Shown piece by piece: positions 8,299-17,833 of a DNA stretch of 64,000 nucleotides. Numbering within the stretch: the stretch's first letter is position 1; each line of letters begins with the position of its first letter. The DNA is from an uncultured Clostridia bacterium (GTDB lineage Bacteria; Bacillota; Clostridia; Oscillospirales; Ruminococcaceae). The notes below the pieces were generated by a model. It saw only the letters and a list, made by a program, of their open reading frames with translations. It did not search any database and was not told the origin of the DNA. The translations under genes were made by a program, and so were the position numbers. Location of the stretch: assembly GCA_946498095.1 (NCBI GenBank), contig CAMMMX010000018.1, forward strand, positions 765-64,764. Reading direction: 5' to 3'.

Positions 8299-11200
8299 AT
8301 GCCACTGAGACAGGATATCAAAAAGGTACTGGTCATCGGATCCGGGCCGATTATCATCGGACAGGCGGCTGAATTCGATTATGCTGGAACACAGGCTTGC
8401 CGTGCCCTGAAACAGGAGGGGCTGCAGGTGGTTCTCATCAACTCGAACCCTGCAACCATCATGACCGACAAGGCGATGGCGGACACCATCTATATCGAGC
8501 CGCTGACTTTGGACGTGGTCAAGCGCGTCATAGAAATGGAAAAGCCGGACAGCATCCTCTCCACACTCGGAGGGCAAACGGGTCTGACGCTTTCGATGCA
8601 GCTTGCGGAAGAGGGGTTCCTCGACGCCCACGGCGTCAAGCTGTTGGGCGCACGCCCCGACACCATCCACAAGGCGGAGGATCGTCAGGCGTTTAAGGAT
8701 ACGATGGAGAAGATTGGGGAGCCCTGTATCCCTTCGAAAGTGGTGGAGACCGTCGAGGATGCGATGGAATTTGCCAAGGTTATCGAATACCCGGTCATTA
8801 TCCGTCCGGCGTTTACGATGGGCGGTACCGGCGGAGGCATTGCCCATACGCCGGAAGAGTTGCATGAAATTGCTACCAACGGCCTTAGGCTTTCCCCCAT
8901 TACCCAAATCCTTGTGGAAAAGAACATCTCCGGCTGGAAGGAGATCGAGTTTGAGGTCATTCGTGACTCGAAGGGCAACGTTATCACTGTCTGCTCGATG
9001 GAGAATGTTGACCCGGTCGGTGTGCACACCGGTGATTCGATTGTTGTCGCACCCGCAGTGACGCTGACTCCGCCGGAGTACGCGATGCTGCGTACCGCCG
9101 CGCTGAACATCGTATCGGAGCTTGGGGTTGAGGGCGGCTGCAACTGCCAGTTCGCGATGCATCCCGAACGGATGGAGTATGCGGTCATTGAAGTCAATCC
9201 TCGTGTGTCGCGCTCGTCGGCGCTGGCATCCAAGGCGACAGGATATCCCATCGCCAAGGTAGCGACGCGGATCGCCATCGGTTACAGCCTGGACGAGATT
9301 GTCAACGCTGTGACGGGCAACACCTTCGCCTGTTTCGAACCGTCGATCGACTACATGGTTGTCAAGTTCCCTAAATGGCCGTTTGACAAGTTTGTTTACG
9401 CCAAACGTACCCTTGGCACCCAGATGAAAGCTACCGGCGAAGTAATGAGCATCGGTACCTCCTTTGAACAGGCCATGATGAAGGCTGTGCGTTCGATTGA
9501 GCTGTCGCTGGACACTTTTAATCTCCCTAAGCTGGCTGCGCTGAGTGATGCGGAAATTATTGAAAAGCTCCACGAGGCGGACGATGAACGGATTTTTGTC
9601 GTCTATGAGGCGCTCAAACGCGGTGTGAGCGTGGACAAAATTCATGCTTTGACCATGATCGACGAGTGGTTCCTTTCGAAGCTTTGTAATCTCGTCGAGA
9701 TGGAAAAACGCATGGCACGGGGCGGACTGACCGATGAGGAATACCTGACGGCGAAGAAGCTAGGTTATCCCGACAGCACCATCGAACGCCTGACGGGAGA
9801 GAAGATCGCCCATCCCCGCCATAGCGTCTTCAAGATGGTGGATACCTGCGCGGCGGAGTTTTCAGCTGACACCCCCTACTTCTATTCCACCTTTGACGAC
9901 GAAAATGAAGCGGCGGAATTCATCGAGCAGCATCCGACGGGAAAGAAGAAAATCATGGTGTTCGGCTCCGGGCCGATCCGGATTGGACAGGGGATCGAGT
10001 TCGACTATTGCTGTGTCCACTGCGTCTGGGCGCTGAAAGCGGCGGGGTGTGAGACGGTGCTGGTCAACAATAACCCTGAAACTGTTTCCACCGACTTTGA
10101 CACCGGCGACCGCCTCTATTTCGATCCGCTCACCCGTGAGGACGTTGCCTCTATCATCGAGACGGAAAAGCCGGACGGTGTGGTCGTCCAGTTCGGCGGC
10201 CAGACAGCAATTAAGCTTACCAAATACCTCAAGGACATGGGTGTCAATATTCTCGGTACCTCCCCGGACAGCATCGACATGGCGGAGGACCGCGAGCGCT
10301 TCGACGAGCTCCTCGAGAGATGTGGGATCCCTCGTCCTCAGGGCTGTACCGTATTCACGGAGGCTGAGGCCCTGGAAGCGGCGGAGAAGCTTGGATATCC
10401 GGTGCTGATGCGGCCCTCCTACGTGCTGGGCGGTCAGAATATGATTATCGCCCATTCCGACGCCGATATTATAGAATACATGAAGATTATCACCGCCCAT
10501 GAGTTGGAGAACCCGGTGCTGATCGATAAGTATATGATGGGGACCGAGGTTGAGGTCGACGCCATTTGCGATGGAAAGGACTTCCTGATTCCCGGCATTA
10601 TGGAGCATATCGAACGTGCCGGCGTCCATTCCGGAGACTCCATTTCGGTTTATCCGGCGCAGACGTTGTCGGATAAGGTCAAGCAAACCATTATTGACTA
10701 TACGGGGCGGCTGGCCAGAGAGCTGAAAGTCGTCGGCCTGGTGAATATCCAGTACGTGGTCTACCGCGGCGAGGTGTACGTCATCGAGGTCAACCCGCGC
10801 TCCTCTCGTACGGTTCCCTACATTAGCAAGGTGACCGGTGTGGAAATGGTGGACGTTGCTACCAAGATTATGCTGGGTGAAACGCTGGAGAGCCTAGGGT
10901 ACCGCGGCGGCCTTTACCCGGAGGCCGGTTATATCGCCGTCAAGGTCCCGGTGTTCAGCTTTGAGAAACTGCACGACGTCGACACCCATCTGGGGCCGGA
11001 GATGAAGTCCACCGGTGAGGTGCTTGGCATCGCGAAAACCTTCAAGGAGGCGCTGCTTAAGGGGCTGACCGCCGCAGGGTACCGTTTGAAAAAGCAGGGC
11101 GGTGTGTTCATCTCGGTGCGTGACACCGATAAGAAGGAGATTGTCAGCGTAGCGCAGAAGTTCTCCGACCTTGGGTTCGATATCTACGCCACAAGCGGGA

Positions 11201-11493
11201 CCGCGAGCTTGCTTAACCGCAATATGATTGCGACCAGTACGGTGCGGAAAATCAGCGAAGATCCGGACAGCAATGTGCTGACGCTGCTGGAAAGCGGAAA
11301 GATCGATTACGTGATTTCCACCTCGGCCAAAGGGCGGATGCCGGCACGGGACAGCGTCAAGATTCGCCGGAAGGCAGTCGAGCGGTCGATTGCATGTCTC
11401 ACGTCCCTAGATACGGCCAACGCCCTGGCGGACTGTCTGGCGATGAAGGAGACCATTGCTGATGTTCCTCTGGTGGACATCACCAAAATATAA
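8299..11493 (+). CDS. carB: carbamoyl-phosphate synthase large subunit
   Basis: 1064 aa with duplicated ATP-grasp halves (GSGPIIIGQAAEFDYAG / GSGPIRIGQGIEFDYC, VIEVNPR twice) and a C-terminal MGS-like allosteric domain. Confidence 0.95.
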   Translation: MPLRQDIKKVLVIGSGPIIIGQAAEFDYAGTQACRALKQEGLQVVLINSNPATIMTDKAMADTIYIEPLTLDVVKRVIEMEKPDSILSTLGGQTGLTLSMQLAEEGFLDAHGVKLLGARPDTIHKAEDRQAFKDTMEKIGEPCIPSKVVETVEDAMEFAKVIEYPVIIRPAFTMGGTGGGIAHTPEELHEIATNGLRLSPITQILVEKNISGWKEIEFEVIRDSKGNVITVCSMENVDPVGVHTGDSIVVAPAVTLTPPEYAMLRTAALNIVSELGVEGGCNCQFAMHPERMEYAVIEVNPRVSRSSALASKATGYPIAKVATRIAIGYSLDEIVNAVTGNTFACFEPSIDYMVVKFPKWPFDKFVYAKRTLGTQMKATGEVMSIGTSFEQAMMKAVRSIELSLDTFNLPKLAALSDAEIIEKLHEADDERIFVVYEALKRGVSVDKIHALTMIDEWFLSKLCNLVEMEKRMARGGLTDEEYLTAKKLGYPDSTIERLTGEKIAHPRHSVFKMVDTCAAEFSADTPYFYSTFDDENEAAEFIEQHPTGKKKIMVFGSGPIRIGQGIEFDYCCVHCVWALKAAGCETVLVNNNPETVSTDFDTGDRLYFDPLTREDVASIIETEKPDGVVVQFGGQTAIKLTKYLKDMGVNILGTSPDSIDMAEDRERFDELLERCGIPRPQGCTVFTEAEALEAAEKLGYPVLMRPSYVLGGQNMIIAHSDADIIEYMKIITAHELENPVLIDKYMMGTEVEVDAICDGKDFLIPGIMEHIERAGVHSGDSISVYPAQTLSDKVKQTIIDYTGRLARELKVVGLVNIQYVVYRGEVYVIEVNPRSSRTVPYISKVTGVEMVDVATKIMLGETLESLGYRGGLYPEAGYIAVKVPVFSFEKLHDVDTHLGPEMKSTGEVLGIAKTFKEALLKGLTAAGYRLKKQGGVFISVRDTDKKEIVSVAQKFSDLGFDIYATSGTASLLNRNMIATSTVRKISEDPDSNVLTLLESGKIDYVISTSAKGRMPARDSVKIRRKAVERSIACLTSLDTANALADCLAMKETIADVPLVDITKI

Positions 11494-11523
11494 GCTTGTA
11501 AAGAGTGAAAGCATAGAAACAAA

Positions 11524-11548
11524 GGGACGCCCGTAAGCGTCCCTTTTT
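11524..11548 (+). terminator. intrinsic terminator after carB
   Basis: GGGACGC, loop CCGTAA, GCGTCCC, followed by TTTTT. Confidence 0.8.
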
Positions 11549-12053
11549 GCATGGACTGTGTAGACAGTACCGGAAATATGTCAGACGCCCGGAAGAATTT
11601 TTCGTTTTTTGCGTCCAACACATCCCCTGTTTTAGGGCTTCTATTGACAATTTGTTCATTTTTTGTGGGGCGCCGTCTGCGCCGGAAAAGCAGTCCGGCA
11701 GAGTTGGCACCTTTGTACAGTCAAAAGCATTAAAATTACAAATTGGTTACAAAACACGCCCGCATTTGTAGGCTTGCATAATCTGGAAGTGTTTATTTTG
11801 GTCAGTTTAACGGAATATTAACACATCCTGTCGGGAAATGTGTTACAATTTGTAATATCTTCATGGTGAGCAGCTATGACCCGCCGGGCAGGCGTCTCCT
11901 CACATGGCAAGTGACATATGGCTTTGTAAAATTTAACGGAAAAACTGTTGCAAGTTCAGCGGAATTTAGGTAAAATAAAAATTAGCTGAATGTTTGCGGA
12001 TGCTGCTATGTCTGAGTAAACGTTTTAAAATTTGTTGCAAGAGGGGAAAATAC

Positions 12054-13139
12054 ATGTCTAACAGGCTATTTCAGGGCGTGATTCATCAAATGAAGGATGC
12101 GGTTGACCGCGTTATCGGCATTGTCGACGATACGGGCACCGTTATTGCGTCAAGTGATCTGTCCAAAATCGGCACGGTTTCCGACTGCACCAGCTTTGAT
12201 TTTACCGAAGCGCAGGAAATTTTTATTCGGGACGGATACACCTATAAGCCGTTCGGCGCGAATATCAAGCCGGATTATGCGGTATTTGTTCAGGGCACTG
12301 ACGAGATTGCGATTCGTTATGCGTCGATTATGGGGATTTCTCTCTCCAATATCAAGCAGTATTACGATGAAAAATATGACCGGGCCAATTTTATCAAGAA
12401 TGTTGTCCTGGATAACATTCTCCGCGGTGATGTATACGTCAAGGCGAGGGAACTGCATTTCAATGCGGATGTAACCCGCGTTGTGCTGTTGATGCGCATT
12501 GTTTCCCCCAATGAGGTATCGGCGTATGACATTATCCAGAATCTGTTTCCGGATAAGAGCAAGGATTTTGTTTTTAATATTTCCGAGGCTGATATCGTCC
12601 TGGTTAAGGAGATAAAGCCCAATATCAATATGAAGGATCTCGAAAAGCTGGCGAACTCCATTTCCGATACGCTAAGCTCCGAGTTCTACACCCGGATCAA
12701 CGTCGGTATCGGCACCTGCGTCACCGGCATAAAAGATTTGGCGCGTTCTTTTAAAGAAGCGCAGATCGCGCTGGAGGTTGGCAAGGTGTTCGACACGGAC
12801 AAGACCATCATTACCTATGAAAATCTCGGTATCGCTCGACTGATTTACCAGTTACCGACAACGCTGTGCGATACGTTTTTGCGTGAAGTGTTCAAGCGTG
12901 GCTCGATTGAGTCGCTGGACAATGAAACGCTGTTTACCATACAGAAGTTTTTTGAAAACAACTTGAATGTATCCGAGACCTCCCGCAGACTGTTTGTCCA
13001 CCGCAATACCCTGGTGTACCGGTTGGAGAAGATCAAGAAGCTGACAGGGCTGGATCTCCGTGAGTTCGATCACGCAATTGTTTTCAAAATCGCTCTAATG
13101 GTTAAGAAGTACCTCAGCGCAAATCCTGTCAAGTTCTAA
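12054..13139 (+). CDS. PucR/CdaR-family transcriptional regulator
   Basis: C-terminal PucR-type HTH (NVSETSRRLFVHRNTLVYRLEKIKKLTGLDLREFD). ATG 12054 with an AGAGGGGAAAA RBS is preferred over the longer track ORF. Confidence 0.7.
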   Translation: MSNRLFQGVIHQMKDAVDRVIGIVDDTGTVIASSDLSKIGTVSDCTSFDFTEAQEIFIRDGYTYKPFGANIKPDYAVFVQGTDEIAIRYASIMGISLSNIKQYYDEKYDRANFIKNVVLDNILRGDVYVKARELHFNADVTRVVLLMRIVSPNEVSAYDIIQNLFPDKSKDFVFNISEADIVLVKEIKPNINMKDLEKLANSISDTLSSEFYTRINVGIGTCVTGIKDLARSFKEAQIALEVGKVFDTDKTIITYENLGIARLIYQLPTTLCDTFLREVFKRGSIESLDNETLFTIQKFFENNLNVSETSRRLFVHRNTLVYRLEKIKKLTGLDLREFDHAIVFKIALMVKKYLSANPVKF

Positions 13140-13166
13140 GGCTGCGCGAAAGCGCGCCTTCTTTTC
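13138..13166 (+). terminator. intrinsic terminator after the PucR-like gene
   Basis: AAGGC(T)GCGC, GAAA tetraloop, GCGCGCCTT, followed by CTTTTCC. It overlaps the stop codon. Confidence 0.7.
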
Positions 13167-13336
13167 CGTGTAGCCGCCTTTCTGCCGCCGGACACGTTTC
13201 AAAATCTGTCTGTTGGCAATTGGGGACGCCCCTGCACACCGGTACGGCCGGGCGTGGCGGGGCTTTCTGCTGGAGGCTGTCCGTCCGGTTCTTGCTTGTT
13301 ATGCGCTGGGTTGTTCACAGGATGAGGAGTGATCGC

Positions 13337-14026
13337 ATGATAAAGCTGACCGATGTATCTGTCAAATACAAGGACAACGGCGTTGACGCCCTGAAGCATG
13401 TCAATCTGCAGATAGACAAGGGCGAATTCGTCTTTGTGGTCGGACCGTCTGGCGCGGGTAAGAGTACGCTGATTAAGCTTTTGCTGCGCGAAATCAAACC
13501 CGATGACGGAGAGGTCAACGTCAACGGCTTTAGCCTTGGCCGTCTGAGCCGTCGGCATGTGGCGAAGTACCGTCGCAGTATCGGCGTGGTTTTTCAGGAT
13601 TTCCGGCTGATCCCGTCTATGACGGTATATGACAACGTTGCGTTCGCGCTGCGCGTCATTGACGCCAGTGCTAAGAAGATACGGGCCCGTGTTCCGTACA
13701 TACTGGGACTGGTCAACCTGACGCAGAAAGCAAAAAGCTATCCCTCCCAGATATCGGGCGGAGAGCAGCAGCGTGTTGCGTTGGCGCGGGCACTGGTTAA
13801 CAACCCTTCCATCCTGATTGCAGACGAGCCCACTGGGAATATTGACCCTGAGCTGTCCATTGAAATGATGGAGCTTTTGCAGGCGGTCAATAAACTGGGG
13901 ACGACTGTGGTAGTCGTTACGCATGAGCATGATCTTGTGCGGCAGTTTGGCGGCCGGGTGGTCACCATCCAAAGCGGAAAGATCGTGTTCGACGACGTAA
14001 TAGGAGGCAGCCATGAAGGGGAGTAA
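13337..14026 (+). CDS. ftsE: cell-division ATP-binding protein FtsE
   Basis: Walker A GPSGAGKST, signature ISGGEQQR, Walker B ILIADEPTGNID. ATG 13337 behind a GAGGAG RBS. Overlaps ftsX. Confidence 0.9.
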   Translation: MIKLTDVSVKYKDNGVDALKHVNLQIDKGEFVFVVGPSGAGKSTLIKLLLREIKPDDGEVNVNGFSLGRLSRRHVAKYRRSIGVVFQDFRLIPSMTVYDNVAFALRVIDASAKKIRARVPYILGLVNLTQKAKSYPSQISGGEQQRVALARALVNNPSILIADEPTGNIDPELSIEMMELLQAVNKLGTTVVVVTHEHDLVRQFGGRVVTIQSGKIVFDDVIGGSHEGE

Positions 14027-14921
14027 TTTCGGGTACCTGTGCAAGCAGGGCTTTAAAAATATTAGGCTCAACCGTGTGCTGTCGCTTGCGTCGGTCAGTA
14101 TTTTGACGGTTTGCCTGCTCCTGGTGGGGCTGTCCGTACTCTTTTCGGAAAACGTAAGCGTCGCGATCGGCGGCCTGACTGACAACAGCTTAGTCGCGGT
14201 AGAAGTCAGCGACGAGGCGACAGAGGAAACCAAGTCGGCATTACTGACGTTGATTGAAACGAATGATAATACCGAGGATGTCGAGTACATCCCAAAGGCC
14301 GAGGGATTGGAACAGTTTAAGGAGTCCCTTTCCGACAACGCTGGCTTGCTCGATGCGTTGGAGGATGATAACCCGCTTCCGGACATGATCCGTTTTCAGG
14401 TCAAGCATTTGGAGAGGATGCCCGAAACGGTGGCTTACGTAACCTCGTTGGAAGGGGTAGCTTCGGTTCAGTCCACCAGTGAGCTGTCTAGGGCGCTGGT
14501 CAATATTAAAAATATTGTCACGGCTTGCTGTACGGTCATTGTCGCGGTGCTGAGCATTGTGTCGCTGGTGATTATTTCGAATGTCATCCGTGCGAGTATT
14601 TTTGCCCGCCGCAAGGAAGTCAATATCATGAAGTTTGTTGGAGCGACGAACACGTTTATCCGTTTCCCCTTCTTTATAGAAGGAATCCTTATCGGCCTTA
14701 TCGCGGCGTTGGTCGCGTTTGGTCTGACCTGGGGTGGGTACACGCTGCTGTTGCATTACGTGCAGGGTGGCGACAGCTACAGCTGGTTTGTCAATACATT
14801 CGCAAGCCTTATCCCGTTTGAGAATGTTTGGCAGCAGATAGCGCTGATTTATGCTGCCGGCGGTGTGGCAGTCGGCGCAATCGGAACCGTTACGAGCATC
14901 GGCTCGCATCTGAAGGTATAA
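14013..14921 (+). CDS. ftsX: cell-division permease FtsX
   Basis: 302 aa with TM1, a large extracellular loop and 3 C-terminal TM segments (KFVGATNTFIRFPFFIEG). 14-nt overlap with ftsE. Confidence 0.85.
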   Translation: MKGSNFGYLCKQGFKNIRLNRVLSLASVSILTVCLLLVGLSVLFSENVSVAIGGLTDNSLVAVEVSDEATEETKSALLTLIETNDNTEDVEYIPKAEGLEQFKESLSDNAGLLDALEDDNPLPDMIRFQVKHLERMPETVAYVTSLEGVASVQSTSELSRALVNIKNIVTACCTVIVAVLSIVSLVIISNVIRASIFARRKEVNIMKFVGATNTFIRFPFFIEGILIGLIAALVAFGLTWGGYTLLLHYVQGGDSYSWFVNTFASLIPFENVWQQIALIYAAGGVAVGAIGTVTSIGSHLKV

Positions 14922-14990
14922 ATAACGCATGGGGACGGGTAGAATACGGCCCGTTTCCCCGGACGTCAATGCAGGGAGAGTGAAAAGGAA

Positions 14991-16187
14991 ATGCACAAGA
15001 ACGGACTGCGGCTTCGGCTGCTTGCGAAGCCTTTTTCGCTGGCGCTGGCTGTGACGGTTTTATTCGTCTCAGCGATGACGTTTGCCGGCGTTCAGGTTCG
15101 GGCAGCTAGTGTCAGTGACTTGCAGGATCAGCTTGAGGATCTGGAAAAGGAACGCGATCAGCTCAACGCGGATATCAAAGATGTTCAAAACGATATCAGC
15201 AAACAGCAGGAATATCATGACATGCTGAAACAAAAGGTGCAGGTTGCGCAGCGCGAGGTCGATCTCCTGAACCAGAAGGTCGAGGCAATCAACGCTGAGC
15301 TTGCCAAGACACAGGATCAGAAGGCGCAGAAGGAAGCGGAGATTGAGGAAAATTTTGATCTGTTTAAACAGCGGATCCGCGCCATGTATGTGCAGGGGAA
15401 CACCAGCCAGCTCGAGCTGCTGTTGACTTCGCAGGACTTTTATGATTTCCTAGTTAAGGCGCAGATGGTCAAGTCGGTAGCGGAGCATGATCGTGAGCTG
15501 ATTGACGAGCTTGTCGCGCAGAAGACGGAGCTGGATGAGATGATCGCCAAGATTGAGACGGACAAGGCAGATCTTGAGACGGCCAAACAGCAAAGCGAGC
15601 GTGCTAAGGCGGAATTGGAAAACGCTGTCTCAGAGAGCAATGACAAGCTCAGCGAGCTGCAGGCTTTGGAGAACAGCTATAAGCAGGATAAACAGAAGGT
15701 AGACCAAGAATTCAACGCCATAGACAAGAAGATCCAGGAGTTGCTGGCGCAAAGTGAAATGGATGAGTATGTCGGCGGAGAGTTCGGCTGGCCGGTTCCA
15801 GGGTATACTACCATTACATCTCCCTTTGGCTGGCGGTTTAACCATACGGACTTCCATCGTGGCGTGGACATCGGCCGTGGAAACAAGCCATCGATTTATG
15901 GTGCGACGGTGGTAGCGGCTAACTCGGGCAAGGTGGTTGCCTCGCTGCTGTCTACCAACCCTTATGGTTATGGCAATTATGTGTTGATCGACCATGGTGG
16001 TGGAAAGGCGACGTTGTACGCGCATTTGAGCCAGCGGTCGGTACAGGTTGGGCAAACCGTGAGCAAGGGACAGAAGATCGGCGAGGTCGGCAATACCGGC
16101 TATTCTTTCGGGCCGCATCTGCATTTTGAAATCCGTATCAACGGTACGGCTGTCAACCCCATGAGTTACTATCAGATGCAGAGCTAG
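14991..16187 (+). CDS. secreted coiled-coil M23 peptidase (EnvC/PcsB-like murein hydrolase or activator)
   Basis: Signal peptide, a long heptad-rich coiled coil, and a C-terminal M23 domain with HRGVDIG and HLHFE. Confidence 0.8.
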   Translation: MHKNGLRLRLLAKPFSLALAVTVLFVSAMTFAGVQVRAASVSDLQDQLEDLEKERDQLNADIKDVQNDISKQQEYHDMLKQKVQVAQREVDLLNQKVEAINAELAKTQDQKAQKEAEIEENFDLFKQRIRAMYVQGNTSQLELLLTSQDFYDFLVKAQMVKSVAEHDRELIDELVAQKTELDEMIAKIETDKADLETAKQQSERAKAELENAVSESNDKLSELQALENSYKQDKQKVDQEFNAIDKKIQELLAQSEMDEYVGGEFGWPVPGYTTITSPFGWRFNHTDFHRGVDIGRGNKPSIYGATVVAANSGKVVASLLSTNPYGYGNYVLIDHGGGKATLYAHLSQRSVQVGQTVSKGQKIGEVGNTGYSFGPHLHFEIRINGTAVNPMSYYQMQS

Positions 16188-16381
16188 CGTCTAAGGAGGC
16201 GCGAACGAACAATAGAATAAACCGGCGGGCGGCGGGCTATACTTCTGAAAAGAGTCGGCGCGCTGCTCGCTTTCTTTTGCTTTTTCTGCCGGTACGGGAT
16301 GGCCCGCGGTGGAAAAGGCGGGACGATCGGGAAGGGCGGCGCAGGGCGGCTGCGGCGCTTGTCAATAGGAGGAACCTGTAC

Positions 16382-17632
16382 ATGAATAAAAAGATATCAC
16401 TGGGGGCGGCCATTAGCTTTATGGCGATAGTCGCGGCGGTTACAGTGGTCATCACGATGTCGTTTTCCCTGAGCATTTTCAACCAGAAGGTCTCTAATGT
16501 GATGGACCGTGAGGAGCAATACAAGAAGCTGTCTGAAATAGATACCCTGGTTCGTCAGAAGTATTATGGCGACATAGACGAGGAAACGCTTAACGACTGG
16601 CTGGCACGTGGTTACATGAGCGGACTGGGCGATCCATACAGTTTCTATCTAAGCAAGGACGAATATGCAAAGAAGATTTCATCCAATGACGGTGAGCTGG
16701 TTGGCGTAGGCATGACAGCGAAAAAGGATGCAAGTGGCTACATCCAGATTGTTACGGTATATGAAAACTCGCCAGCTCAGCAGGCGGGCCTGCAAGAAGG
16801 CGATATTATCGTTGCCGTGGACGGCAACGATGTACTGGAAATTGGCTATGACACAGCCGTAGATATGATTTCGGGTGAGGAAGGTACCACGGTTTCTTTA
16901 ACGGTACGCCGCGACGGCGTGGATACGTCGCAGACGCTTACACGTCGCAAAATGGAAGTGCTTAGCGTGGAAATGCGGATGATCGGCAGCAACGCTGTGA
17001 TCCGGATAACCGATTTTAACCGTGCAACCGTCGAACAGTTCCAGTCGGCGATCGCTTCTGCGCAGGAGCAGGGTGCGACAGGAATTATTTTTGACGTGCG
17101 AGGAAATCCCGGGGGACTGCTGGAGTCGGTGCTGGACGTGCTGGATGTCCTGTTGCCGGAATGTGATATCATGACCGTGACCTATCACGACGGATCCACC
17201 GAAACCTTCCGCACCAGTGATGCGGACGAGATTGATCTGCCGATGGTGGTTTTAACAAACGGGGATACTGCTAGTGCGGCCGAGCTTTTTTCCGCTGTTT
17301 TGCGTGATTACGGCAAGGCCAAACTGGTCGGGACCACCACTTACGGCAAGGGCGTGATGCAGGATACCTTTAAGCTGCGCGACGGCAGTGCGGTTCAGGT
17401 GACGGTTGCTAGTTTTGCTCCGCCCAAGACGGCGAATTTCAACGGTGTTGGGCTGAAGCCGGACTTTGAGCAAGCCTTGCCGGCAGAGCTGGAACAGCGT
17501 CTGGACAGCTTGACGGACGAAGAGGACACGCAGCTGAAAAAAGCTGTCGAGGTTGTGGATACAGCAAAAGCTGTCCAGGATCAGCCGCAAGACCAGACGG
17601 AGGAAGCTTCTGAGGAGTCGTCGCAGGAATAA
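16382..17632 (+). CDS. S41 family carboxy-terminal processing protease
   Basis: N-terminal TM segment, PDZ domain (GLQEGDIIVAVDG), catalytic region GDTASAAELF and TYGKGVMQ. ATG 16382 behind a GGAGG RBS. Confidence 0.85.
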   Translation: MNKKISLGAAISFMAIVAAVTVVITMSFSLSIFNQKVSNVMDREEQYKKLSEIDTLVRQKYYGDIDEETLNDWLARGYMSGLGDPYSFYLSKDEYAKKISSNDGELVGVGMTAKKDASGYIQIVTVYENSPAQQAGLQEGDIIVAVDGNDVLEIGYDTAVDMISGEEGTTVSLTVRRDGVDTSQTLTRRKMEVLSVEMRMIGSNAVIRITDFNRATVEQFQSAIASAQEQGATGIIFDVRGNPGGLLESVLDVLDVLLPECDIMTVTYHDGSTETFRTSDADEIDLPMVVLTNGDTASAAELFSAVLRDYGKAKLVGTTTYGKGVMQDTFKLRDGSAVQVTVASFAPPKTANFNGVGLKPDFEQALPAELEQRLDSLTDEEDTQLKKAVEVVDTAKAVQDQPQDQTEEASEESSQE

Positions 17633-17665
17633 GGGCGAAAACGCCGTTTACGAAGCTGGAAGCGG

Positions 17666-17710
17666 AAGGCCGGTATTTGCCAGACAGTGTCGCAAATACC
17701 GGCCTTTTGC
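17666..17710 (+). terminator. intrinsic terminator after the S41 protease gene
   Basis: 15-bp stem AAGGCCGGTATTTGC / GCAAATACCGGCCTT followed by TTTG. Confidence 0.75.
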
Positions 17711-17833
17711 GTTGCATTGGAAGGAATATTCTAAAATAACGGTAGATTTTCACAGCGAAACCAGCTATAATAGGGATAAGTGATAACTGTCGTTGCTCTG
17801 CTGGGTAGGAGCAGGGAGGAAAGGAGGAGCGCA

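Noticed and set aside
8188-9645. 485-aa minus-strand ORF inside carB, together with similar antisense ORFs at 13199-14386, 36742-37863, 46158-47309, 55793-56743 and 14241-14996
   Set aside because: All are shadows of strongly supported plus-strand genes (carB, ftsE/ftsX, pepF, mreB and the zinc-ribbon membrane protein). None has recognisable motifs or translation signals.
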